Of a DNA stretch of 64,000 nucleotides, positions 9,809 to 18,425 are shown piece after piece. The notes under the pieces were generated by a model that searched no databases, was not told where the DNA came from, and saw only the letters and a list, made by a program, of their open reading frames with translations. Within the stretch, counting starts at the first letter, position 1. Each line of letters begins with the position of its first letter. The stretch comes from a virus (Duplodnaviria; Caudoviricetes), in the IMG/VR virus record IMGVR_UViG_3300048631_000217; one strand, given 5' to 3'. Position numbers and translations under genes: made by a program.

Positions 9809-10119
9809 CTATCTGATTGAAGATATTTCTCAAGTTTTGTGTATTTTTTGCGGATCGCTTCGCTGATATCTTCTTTTGACAAAATTCCCCGCCCGGTCAA
9901 GGTTTCCACTACTGCAATCAAGTCACCGACTTCTTCCGAGATACGTTCGGTGTTCGTTAGAGGTTGACCCGGTTGCACTTCACTCAACCCGAAACGTAGG
10001 GCTTTACTGACACGTTGGCCGACCTCACAACATTCTTCTGCAAGAATGGTCAACAATTCCCGATCAAGACCTTCGGGCGGGGATTCCGGGCTTACGAACT
10101 TAATGGTATTTTCTGTCAT
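9805..10119 (-). CDS. MazG-like NTP pyrophosphohydrolase domain protein
   Basis: ILAEECCEV...SKALRFG...EEVGDL. Confidence 0.75.
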   Translation of the reverse strand: MTENTIKFVSPESPPEGLDRELLTILAEECCEVGQRVSKALRFGLSEVQPGQPLTNTERISEEVGDLIAVVETLTGRGILSKEDISEAIRKKYTKLEKYLQSDS

Positions 10120-10697
10120 CCCAAAACCTGATCATATTCAGAACCTTTAACAAATTTGTAAACTTTGGCATTCCCATAAATCCGCGAGAAACCATAGACT
10201 TGAGCATCACCGTAAACCTGAGCATCACCGTAAACCTGAGACTTTCCAGAAATTTTAGCATCCCCGTAAACCTGAGCATTCTCGAAAATCTGAGCATACC
10301 CGGAAACCTGAGCATTCCCGTAAATCTGAGCAATCCCGGAAATCTTCGCCCACCAGAAAACTTGAGAATTCCCGGAAACCCAAGCATCCCCGAAAACATG
10401 TGCATAACCGGAAACACGAGCATTCTCGGAAACCCAAGCATTCTCGGAAACCCAAGCATTCTCGGAAACATGAGCCTTCCCAAAAACACGAGCATCCGGC
10501 CCGACATAGGCGGTTTCGGCGACATACGCGGTGTCCGCGACCCATCCGCCGCCGTTCGGGTGTCGGTGGGCCGGTACAGGGCCTTGGCCGTCTTCAAAGT
10601 CAAACAGGTGACGGCATTCAGCTTTCCCATCAATTTTTTCAAGGAAATCCTGAAGTTCATCAACAGTCTTGAACTCGAATGATACAGTCAGATTCAT
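10116..10697 (-). CDS. Hexapeptide-repeat (left-handed beta-helix-like) protein, copy A
   Basis: About 19 A-x-V/I-x-G/E-x repeats after FDFEDGQGPVPAHRHPNGGGWVADTAYV. Confidence 0.8.
   Translation of the reverse strand: MNLTVSFEFKTVDELQDFLEKIDGKAECRHLFDFEDGQGPVPAHRHPNGGGWVADTAYVAETAYVGPDARVFGKAHVSENAWVSENAWVSENARVSGYAHVFGDAWVSGNSQVFWWAKISGIAQIYGNAQVSGYAQIFENAQVYGDAKISGKSQVYGDAQVYGDAQVYGFSRIYGNAKVYKFVKGSEYDQVLG
10484..10606 (-). repeat. 123-bp dispersed inverted repeat (partner 47409-47531)
   Basis: Manual alignment: 6 mismatches in 123 bp. Confidence 0.9.
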
Positions 10698-10740
10698 GAA
10701 AGTCTCCCGTAAACCTTGCTAAGACGTAGAAGCAGGGGCT

Positions 10741-11283
10741 TTATGCCCCTGCCCCTTCTTCTGCCCCCGCATTTTCAGCATCTGCCGCATCGTCTTCAGC
10801 AAGTGCCGCCTCTTCCGGCAGAGGTTCGCCCACCGGCCAGTAGCCCGTTCCGGTATTGGCGATCTTGTCCTTCATCAGCCACAGCTTGTTGCGCAGGAAG
10901 GCGATTTCATCCTTCGAGTCAAACACCATACCCTCCGTACGCATCATGATCAGGATTTGGTCAAGCGGCAGGGGTTCGCCAGCGGCCTTCACGATTTCGA
11001 TAGCCTTTTCGGCAATCGATTCCTTATCCGGGTTGTTGCTCTTGCGACCGCGACGGCCCGGCGTCGGCGCACGAGACAGGGCTTGTGCGATGTCCGAAAA
11101 ATCGCCGGCATCCTTGTCGCGCATCTTGATCGACATGTTCAGGAAAGCCACGGTTTGCGAACGTTCGCGGTTCAGAAGGTCGATTTCACGCTTTTCGCGT
11201 TCCATGTTTTCCACGATAGCCTTCAGGCGGTCATCAATGGCCTTGATGCGCGTTTCGGCAGCTTTGATTGGCGACTTCGACAT
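10741..11283 (-). CDS. Coiled-coil plus winged-helix-like DNA-binding protein
   Basis: Start MSKSPIK after GAAAGGAA RBS; N-terminal coiled coil; AIEIVKAAGEPLPLDQI...LRNKLW...GYW; acidic tail. Confidence 0.6.
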   Translation of the reverse strand: MSKSPIKAAETRIKAIDDRLKAIVENMEREKREIDLLNRERSQTVAFLNMSIKMRDKDAGDFSDIAQALSRAPTPGRRGRKSNNPDKESIAEKAIEIVKAAGEPLPLDQILIMMRTEGMVFDSKDEIAFLRNKLWLMKDKIANTGTGYWPVGEPLPEEAALAEDDAADAENAGAEEGAGA

Positions 11284-11323
11284 TTGGTTAGTTCCTTTCA
11301 AGTTGGTTCGTTTCGATGACCAA

Positions 11324-11352
11324 CATATAACCGGGCAACCATAACCCGACAA
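11324..11352 (-). promoter_or_regulatory. Probable sigma70-type promoter
   Basis: TTGTCG-N17-TATATG about 40 bp upstream of ATG 11283. Confidence 0.5.
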
Positions 11353-11420
11353 GAGGAAAAATCGAAAAACATCACACCATTACCGCGCAATATATACAAC
11401 CTATTGATATACCTATGTTT

Positions 11421-11762
11421 TTAGTCGTCAAAAAATGCGGACAACCCGACCGAAACCGGGGCTTTCTCGGGCATGTCTGCCCCATACTGTCGCAGATGTC
11501 CTAGCGCATCTGTCACGATGGATGGCAGTTTGGTAGGGGCCAGTAGGGTTCCGGCGTCAAGTTCCTCAGCCGTGATCAGTGACTTGTGGCGGTGTTTGAT
11601 ATCAGACCAATGCTGCAACATGTACTTGGCCAGAGAGTCAAAAGCAGAATCCGTCAGAATCGGGGAATCCTCGACATAATAGGCAACAGACGCCATTAGA
11701 TACCAAGGGACAGTCATGTTCTTGTTATGTTCAACAATCCCCCACATGGAGTCATCCATCAT
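11421..11762 (-). CDS. Stand-alone NAD-dependent DNA ligase subdomain Ia-like (Nlig-Ia) protein
   Basis: AYYVEDSPILTDSAFD resembles LigA Ia YYxxDxPxxxDxxYD; start overlaps gp43 stop. Confidence 0.7.
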   Translation of the reverse strand: MMDDSMWGIVEHNKNMTVPWYLMASVAYYVEDSPILTDSAFDSLAKYMLQHWSDIKHRHKSLITAEELDAGTLLAPTKLPSIVTDALGHLRQYGADMPEKAPVSVGLSAFFDD

Positions 11763-14263
11763 CCGAAAAAATCCTCTAGAGTGGCAACATGCTCCAACTG
11801 CCACCCAACCACATCGGTAATGGCACGAATCGGCCCGAGAAACGCCTTTTCAAACTGAGTGTCGAAGTCAACAAATTTCTGAATATCATCAAACCCCGCC
11901 GGTATCCCGTCAGGAAAGGCAATGATGTTGGATCGGACAGGATTAGGCATGACCAGATAAGCGAATCGGATCTTGTCACCATTCCGCAGCATCTGTAGGC
12001 TCTTATCAAGCCCCCTATTGGCAACCTCACGATTAAAAACCAATGCCCCCCTCACATGCGCAGGACATTTAGGTTTCCATCCATGCACATGATCATAGTA
12101 TTTCGTGATACCATTCACCCCGCGCGGGAAGGCGATTTGTTCAAAAGGTAAGGTCTTGAACTTTTTTCGGAAATTCTCGACAAAGGCAATGATTTCGTCA
12201 TTGTCGCCTGACATGATTATTTTCAGGGCACCTTTCATGGCCTCACGACAGGCGGCGGGAGTGGATGATTTGACAACCTCGATACCCATATATTTCAGTT
12301 CGGGTTCGGGAAATGCCACCCCCTCATTGTTCCAGACATTCAAGACATAATGTTTCTTGCCTGTCCACACACCTCTATCCGCGATACATTCACGCTTCAT
12401 CTTCATCATCTGTCGGAACGCATTCACGTAATCCGCCAGCTTCTGATAGGATTCGTCAATATACGGCTCAAACGCCTTAGAGCATACCTTGTCCAGATAA
12501 TCGACTATCTCTTTCTTGTCACTGCCATCTGGATACCTTTTGGTGACGATATCCGCCATGTTGATATAGATGGAGTCCGTATCGGATGCAATCACATAGT
12601 CAACCCCGTCAGTCTTCAGTAAACGATTCATATAGGCATTGATATCACGTTCAATCCACCGAATCGACAATTGACCGGCCATGGTCACGCTTTCGGCATG
12701 ATCAGGGTTGAACCACCGGAAGTATTGATTGGCCAATGCACCATATGCTGAGTTTAATTGGACCTTACGCGCCCCCTGAGCCTTATCATAACGGACATGT
12801 AGTTTCTTAGCATCCAAATCACCTGTTGCCTTATAGATACCTTTTTGCTCTAGCGACATGGATTTGTAACGTTTACGTTCCGTATACAGCTTATCCATCA
12901 ATTCGCCTAGGAATCCCTGCCCTTCCCTATTCCAGACACATCCATTGGGGGTAATGGTCACATTATCGTCTATCAACTCTTTCCGCATCGCGGCTAAAGA
13001 ACCGCCCAATACGTTATCTACCGTCACCCCGTCCCGTTTCTCGACAAACTTTTCTGGGGAAATGTTGTAGCCTGATATCAGGTGCGGATAGAGTGAGTTA
13101 AGGTCGAATGACACGACCCAATCATACGCCCCCGGAACAGGGTCTTTCACATACCCGCCCGAGATCTTGTTGAAGTATTGGGAAGTCTTTTTCTGTGGTA
13201 CAACGATCTTTTTGTTCATCAGGTAGTTGTGGATAATCACATCCCACATACGCACTGACGTTAACGCATCCACGAAATTGATCTTGGCGTCATAGGCAAT
13301 GCTTATAGCCAAGTCGATGTATTTCAACTTGTCTTCGAGCATGTCAATCAATTCGGTATCGCGGATGTTGTATTCCGTGAATCTTTGGAAATCGTTCACA
13401 TAGAATTCATGCAGGCTTCCGTATTCAGAATAGTCAAGCTTCTTTTCGCCTAATTCAAGTTCACCGATGAAATCAAGCTTGTAGGATTCCCGAACGCTGA
13501 GGGTGAATTTCTTGTAAAGGGCCAGATAATCAAGAACCGCCAATCCCACCACATCAATCGTCAGTGACTTGTTGCCGTGTGAATCATAGGTATACCTATC
13601 CATGCAGATACCCCATGGCGACAGACGCTTTGCCCACGAGTCGCCCAAGACACGGGTAATCCGTCGAAACAGGTAAGGTACGTCGAAAAACTCGATATTC
13701 CAGCCTGTCAGGATATCGGGGTCAAGTCGTTCGTAAGACAGGATGAATTTCCTAAGAAGGTCTTCTTCATCATGACATTTGATATAGATGACGTTATCCC
13801 TGTCTGTGACAAAATCACCACATCCAAGTACGATGAATTTCTTGCGATCAGACAAGGTAATCAGGGTGACTTCCTTGTCCGCCGTCTCGATATCCGGGAA
13901 GCCGTCATCGGACATGGTTTCGATATCGGTCGATACCACATTGATCAGGTCAGTATCATACTGGACCTCACCTTCCCAACGATCATTGATATACGGATAC
14001 ACGAAATCCGTCATACCATAGACGTTGAATCCAGCCACATCCTTGTAGCGGTCAATGAAATCCTTTGCGTCACGAATAGACTCGAAAGGAATCTTCTCGA
14101 CAAATCGGCCCGAAATGTTCTTGTATTCACCCTCACCCTTGTTCGAATCGACAAACAGATAGGGGCAGTAATCATGTTTGAACGAAAGCCTTCGCCCGTT
14201 CTGAATAGAACGGACCAAGACCTTGTTACCATATTGCTTGGCATTCAGGTAGAAATCAGACAT
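11759..14263 (-). CDS. gp43: Family B DNA polymerase
   Basis: DIET, GWNIEFFD, YNIRD exonuclease motifs; SFDLNSLYP, KVQLNSAYG, ASDTDS. Confidence 0.97.
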   Translation of the reverse strand: MSDFYLNAKQYGNKVLVRSIQNGRRLSFKHDYCPYLFVDSNKGEGEYKNISGRFVEKIPFESIRDAKDFIDRYKDVAGFNVYGMTDFVYPYINDRWEGEVQYDTDLINVVSTDIETMSDDGFPDIETADKEVTLITLSDRKKFIVLGCGDFVTDRDNVIYIKCHDEEDLLRKFILSYERLDPDILTGWNIEFFDVPYLFRRITRVLGDSWAKRLSPWGICMDRYTYDSHGNKSLTIDVVGLAVLDYLALYKKFTLSVRESYKLDFIGELELGEKKLDYSEYGSLHEFYVNDFQRFTEYNIRDTELIDMLEDKLKYIDLAISIAYDAKINFVDALTSVRMWDVIIHNYLMNKKIVVPQKKTSQYFNKISGGYVKDPVPGAYDWVVSFDLNSLYPHLISGYNISPEKFVEKRDGVTVDNVLGGSLAAMRKELIDDNVTITPNGCVWNREGQGFLGELMDKLYTERKRYKSMSLEQKGIYKATGDLDAKKLHVRYDKAQGARKVQLNSAYGALANQYFRWFNPDHAESVTMAGQLSIRWIERDINAYMNRLLKTDGVDYVIASDTDSIYINMADIVTKRYPDGSDKKEIVDYLDKVCSKAFEPYIDESYQKLADYVNAFRQMMKMKRECIADRGVWTGKKHYVLNVWNNEGVAFPEPELKYMGIEVVKSSTPAACREAMKGALKIIMSGDNDEIIAFVENFRKKFKTLPFEQIAFPRGVNGITKYYDHVHGWKPKCPAHVRGALVFNREVANRGLDKSLQMLRNGDKIRFAYLVMPNPVRSNIIAFPDGIPAGFDDIQKFVDFDTQFEKAFLGPIRAITDVVGWQLEHVATLEDFFG

Positions 14264-14268
14264 ACCGA

Positions 14269-14787
14269 TTATCGCCCGGTTGAGCCGACACCCCCGACGC
14301 GATCAGTTTTTTGGGACGGTTCAACATAACTTTCGACCAGATTGACACGATTTGTCTTGACGATTTCACCTTGGGCAATACGATCTCCGTGACTGATTTC
14401 AACATCTACATCAGAAATGTTGAACAAACTGATATAGGTTTGATGCACATAATCCGAGTCAATGATACCTTCGGCATTGGCCAGTGTCAATCCAAACTTG
14501 ATTGCGATACTGGATCTTGGATGCACTCTCAAGTTTTGAGTGGGGGCAAGATCGAATACAAGCCCGGTCGGGATAAGCGCCCGGTCGCCCGGTCGAATAT
14601 TGAATCTGCGGTTAAATACAGTCCCGTTAACGGCGGCATTAGTCTTGTCAAACACTTTCACTTCTTCACAATCAAGACACGCATATAGATCAAAACAAGC
14701 CGAACCAGAGGTTCCGTAAATCGGTAGAATTGCTTCATCGCTCAGCTTGTAGATTTTAACTTCTTCCATAACAATAACCTCTTTCAC
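14269..14787 (-). CDS. dut: Trimeric dUTPase
   Basis: SACFDL, PRSS, GIIDSDY, RIAQ, RVGGVGSTG. Confidence 0.92.
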   Translation of the reverse strand: MKEVIVMEEVKIYKLSDEAILPIYGTSGSACFDLYACLDCEEVKVFDKTNAAVNGTVFNRRFNIRPGDRALIPTGLVFDLAPTQNLRVHPRSSIAIKFGLTLANAEGIIDSDYVHQTYISLFNISDVDVEISHGDRIAQGEIVKTNRVNLVESYVEPSQKTDRVGGVGSTGR

Positions 14788-15182
14788 TGTTTTTTACCAA
14801 TGGTGTATTTTGACACCAGTTCCCAATTCGTCTTGTCTTTGAATGGGATGATCGTGACAACCGCCTTTTCGCCCAGACTCCGCATTTTCGACACGATCCT
14901 AATCAATCCCCAACTCTCTAGAAGATTTACAATCTCATACAACCTACTCAAATCAGTATCGTCTATATCCGCAGGTTTCCCGTCCAACCTAAACATCTGT
15001 TTGAAATGGACGATGTAGTATCTACCTCTCTTGTGCAGAATGTGACAGGATTGCGTCAACCTTTTCCTGTTTCTAGACGCAACCCCGATCCGTGTCAACG
15101 TCTCTTTTACCTTCAGAAAGTTCTCTTGATCCGTTAATTCTACCTCAATCAGATCCCCTAGCACGTCTTTCATTAACACCAC
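14784..15182 (-). CDS. regA: Translational repressor RegA
   Basis: FLKVKETLTRIGVAS...QSCHILHKRGRYYIVHFK; position after gp62. Confidence 0.95.
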   Translation of the reverse strand: MVLMKDVLGDLIEVELTDQENFLKVKETLTRIGVASRNRKRLTQSCHILHKRGRYYIVHFKQMFRLDGKPADIDDTDLSRLYEIVNLLESWGLIRIVSKMRSLGEKAVVTIIPFKDKTNWELVSKYTIGKKQ

Positions 15183-15561
15183 CTTTATCTTGTTCTTTTT
15201 TCATGGTTTCTAGTTGTTCCTCGGAAAGCAGGGTCATGTATTCGTAACCGATACGCCTGTTGCACCCGTAACGTTCACATACGATATCCAATGTTTCCGT
15301 ATCCAGTTTCTTCGGCCAAGCGCCACCATAACGTTTTGCTGGCCTTACGGTATTTAGCAGGTATTCGTATTGCGCACGATTCGGTAGATGATGATAGAGA
15401 TTCATTTCATTGGCGAATAGGATCGTATCTACGTGCATGGACAGGGCCATATTGGTAAGGTATGGGACATAGGCGCTTTCGGCCAATTCGTCGTTTTCTG
15501 TTCCCCGCATCAGGTTAGATTTAGTGGTGCAAATGTCATTTACATAATCAAAGGGTTTCAT
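15145..15561 (-). CDS. gp62: Clamp loader small subunit
   Basis: KPFDYVN, YVPYLTNMALS, DTILFANEMN; synteny. Confidence 0.9.
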   Translation of the reverse strand: MKPFDYVNDICTTKSNLMRGTENDELAESAYVPYLTNMALSMHVDTILFANEMNLYHHLPNRAQYEYLLNTVRPAKRYGGAWPKKLDTETLDIVCERYGCNRRIGYEYMTLLSEEQLETMKKEQDKGGVNERRARGSD

Positions 15562-15754
15562 GGGTATCCAAATCCGCCTGTCTATCGAATTCCGCCGTAC
15601 ATTCCTCGCATAGAGGGGCTTCAGAAAACTTCATTTGACCATCATCGAAATAACGATACCGAAGCACCGAAGCCGGTTTCTTGATACTTTTGTCACATTT
15701 TAGACACTTCTTACCGCGCCTAAACACTCTCATTATCCGCCGAATCACTTCCAT
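15548..15754 (-). CDS. Small CxxC...CxxC protein between gp44 and gp62
   Basis: CLKC...CEEC; overlaps both neighbours. Confidence 0.55.
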   Translation of the reverse strand: MEVIRRIMRVFRRGKKCLKCDKSIKKPASVLRYRYFDDGQMKFSEAPLCEECTAEFDRQADLDTHETL

Positions 15755-16683
15755 TGTACGGTCGCCATAATCATTGCCAAAGCCGCCGAACGGTTGATGG
15801 CCGAATTCGCGACAAAGGCTTCCTTATACTGGTATTCCGCTAGGATGTTGATAGCATCCGCCACACTGGATTCATTGGCCAACATGTCAGGTAGCATATC
15901 GTATAGACGCGAATACAGGTAAGCCGAGTCGATATCAAGGTTCTCGCTCACCCATGACCTGATTTCCGAGAATCGCTTACCCTTCATGGATGCGATAAGA
16001 GGTTTGAAGATGTTGTGATTGCGGGCCGCGATGATACCGGAGTCAATCTTGCCGACTGCACTATATCTCTGCAATTCATTAAGACAACGCCGCCAATCCG
16101 GGAAGAACACCTTGACCGCCGCCGCTAGGGCCTTTGCGTCGAATTCAACCCCTTCCTTGGTCAAAATGACCTTGGCCCGCTTGAAGAATTCCAGCGCCAG
16201 CTTGTCACCTTCATCTTTGGGAATCTGGAATGAAATCAGGCTACACCGCGATTGCAAAGGGTCAATGATCCGATCCTTCAGGTTACATGTCAAGATGAAC
16301 CCGCAGTTTTTAGAGAATTCTTCCATGAAATTGCGCAAAGCGGGCTGTGTAGAATTGGGGTTTAGGTAATCGGCTTCATCTAGGATGACGTATTTCCGCC
16401 CACCTTTTAGCGACATGGAAGATGCAAATTGCTGGATATCGTTCCGTAACGTGTCGATGCCCCCATCTTTCGAAGCGTTGATGACCTTCACATCGGCACC
16501 GATTTCGTTCAAAACCGCCTTTGCGGAAGTTGTCTTGCCGATCCCCGGCCCGCCGCTTAACAGGAGATTCGGGACATTCTTCTGCTGTACAAAGGTGTTA
16601 AGGGTCTTCTTGATCTCACTCGGCAGGATCGTATCGTCCACAGTCTTAGGACGATACTTCTCTACCCATAAAAATTCTTGCAT
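15745..16683 (-). CDS. gp44: Clamp loader large subunit
   Basis: LWVEKYRP, GGPGIGKT, LDEAD, LQSRC. Confidence 0.96.
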   Translation of the reverse strand: MQEFLWVEKYRPKTVDDTILPSEIKKTLNTFVQQKNVPNLLLSGGPGIGKTTSAKAVLNEIGADVKVINASKDGGIDTLRNDIQQFASSMSLKGGRKYVILDEADYLNPNSTQPALRNFMEEFSKNCGFILTCNLKDRIIDPLQSRCSLISFQIPKDEGDKLALEFFKRAKVILTKEGVEFDAKALAAAVKVFFPDWRRCLNELQRYSAVGKIDSGIIAARNHNIFKPLIASMKGKRFSEIRSWVSENLDIDSAYLYSRLYDMLPDMLANESSVADAINILAEYQYKEAFVANSAINRSAALAMIMATVQWK

Positions 16684-16687
16684 TCAA

Positions 16688-16846
16688 TTACTCCGTATCT
16701 GTTCCCGAACCCTGTTCATCAGAAATTGCCATAACTACCCGTGCCCGTAAAGAGGCTACCGAAGCCATTTCATCACCACGAATAGCCCCACGCTGAGCCA
16801 TGGCGTCAATGAACTTCAGCATGTATTCCAAATCTTCCTTGTCCAT
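16688..16846 (-). CDS. Small hypothetical protein (52 aa; not in ORF track)
   Basis: MDKEDLEYMLKFIDAMAQRGAIRGDEMASVASLRARVVMAISDEQGSGTDTE; ATG overlaps gp45 stop and fills the gap exactly. Confidence 0.7.
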   Translation of the reverse strand: MDKEDLEYMLKFIDAMAQRGAIRGDEMASVASLRARVVMAISDEQGSGTDTE

Positions 16847-17502
16847 TATTCTGCCTCCAAACTGATCCAGTATTGAATATCTTCCCCGATGAAATGTGCG
16901 ATACCTTTAGTAGAGATAGACACATCATAATCATTCGGCAGAAGCTTCAAATTCTCGGTACGGATGTAAACCGCAGCATCATCGGCATTCACCTGCACAT
17001 CATCAAGAGTGACCGAATAGCTATCGGCAGTAGGGTTCTTGCGATCAACGGCTTTCATGACTACCGATCCACCGGACACGACAAAAGAAATTTCCGGTAG
17101 ATGTAGCACATTTGCCGCCTTGATAACCGCTTGCAGATCCTTCCATGATACCTTTGCCTGCAATTCGGGCGACGGTACTTTCAGATCCTTGGAAGGCGGC
17201 GATACCAGCATATCCGGCGATGTATAGGTGTAGGACACACTACGGTTGTCGTCCGTAATCTCGAATGCGCTATCGCCGAATTGGACTTCCGGGCTAGCCC
17301 CGAACAAGGACAGTGTGGCAAGAAAACGCGACAGGTCATAGACTGCCGCATCACCCTCAAATGTATCAGGCACAACAGCACTCGCCACAATCGTCTTCAT
17401 GTTCGACACTGTACGGATACCTGTACCTTTCTTGAACATGACGCTTTGATTGATTGCCGAAAAGTTCTTGAGAACTTCTAAGGTTTTTTCACTGAATTTC
17501 AT
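16846..17502 (-). CDS. gp45: Sliding clamp
   Basis: MKFSEKTLEVLKNFSAINQS, YDLSRFL, YWISLE. Confidence 0.95.
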   Translation of the reverse strand: MKFSEKTLEVLKNFSAINQSVMFKKGTGIRTVSNMKTIVASAVVPDTFEGDAAVYDLSRFLATLSLFGASPEVQFGDSAFEITDDNRSVSYTYTSPDMLVSPPSKDLKVPSPELQAKVSWKDLQAVIKAANVLHLPEISFVVSGGSVVMKAVDRKNPTADSYSVTLDDVQVNADDAAVYIRTENLKLLPNDYDVSISTKGIAHFIGEDIQYWISLEAE

Positions 17503-18425
17503 TTTCTACCTTTCATGGCCTTGCGGCGTTCCTTGCGGTTCTTGAACCCATCCGCCGCTTGATTGAGATCTGGTTGGTTACTATAGCTTTTCTGATTCGA
17601 TTTGGCGTCTGCGGTAGGGCTGGACTGAATCAACCCCATCGCCCTCACGCTCCCACCAAACGTATAAGTGCCGACATGCTGTAATTCCATCCAAGGACAT
17701 AGCCACACTTTCATACCAGCCTTTCGGACGTTCTGGCAGAACATGTAATCCTCAGACAGATACCTTCGGGTTTCGGGGTCGATTATCGTGTCAAAGAAGG
17801 CGTGAATATCCCGAGACCCGTCGAAATTCGCATCCCGAACATGGTCCGGTTTATACCGCAGGTCGGGATAGGCTTCAACGTATTTCTCAAATACCCCGCG
17901 ATGAATCATCATGAAACCCGTGCCGGTTTCTGACACTTCGACAGGTTCATCTACCCGGAATGATTCCTGTCCCGCGACATTATTGAACACGAAGTCTCCA
18001 ATAAAGGCACTCAGTTCGAACGGGTTTGACTTACCGTACCCCATATCGGAAGCCTTTTTGACCTTTTCCCAAGCAATCGTCTTTTTTGGGTATGGACCGG
18101 CTACGATATCATAGCCATTATCAGGGCCGCAAAGGTGCATTAACAAGAACACATCCGACGCATTGAATCCGATATCGGAGTCGATGAATAGTAAATGAGT
18201 GCAATCGGAACGCAAGAACGAATCGACACAATAGTTTCGGGCACGGGTAATCAGTGACTCGTTAAAGAGGTAATAGAACCTAACGTCAAGCCCATTCGCC
18301 CCGGAGATCTTGGCCAATTCATTGGTACTCTTGTTATAGATACCGGCACATTGCCCACCATACATGGGGGTTGCTACCATCAGTTTCTTGTCTTTTAGGT
18401 CATCTGTCGTAACTGTCAATTTCAT
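17499..18425 (-). CDS. GT-A fold (GT2-like) glycosyltransferase
   Basis: VATPMYGG, ESLITRARN, LLFIDSDI (DxD), GTGFMMI, YLSEDYMFC. Confidence 0.75.
   Translation of the reverse strand: MKLTVTTDDLKDKKLMVATPMYGGQCAGIYNKSTNELAKISGANGLDVRFYYLFNESLITRARNYCVDSFLRSDCTHLLFIDSDIGFNASDVFLLMHLCGPDNGYDIVAGPYPKKTIAWEKVKKASDMGYGKSNPFELSAFIGDFVFNNVAGQESFRVDEPVEVSETGTGFMMIHRGVFEKYVEAYPDLRYKPDHVRDANFDGSRDIHAFFDTIIDPETRRYLSEDYMFCQNVRKAGMKVWLCPWMELQHVGTYTFGGSVRAMGLIQSSPTADAKSNQKSYSNQPDLNQAADGFKNRKERRKAMKGRK

Noticed and set aside
11759-14263. Intron, intein or split in the DNA polymerase
   Set aside because: Single continuous 834-aa ORF with all motifs at normal spacing.
9805-18425. T4-style hydroxymethylcytosine/glucosylation pathway (MazG-like + dUTPase + GT)
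   Set aside because: No dCMP hydroxymethylase or dCTPase in the window, and apparent restriction-site avoidance suggests largely unmodified DNA; kept only as a weaker open question.
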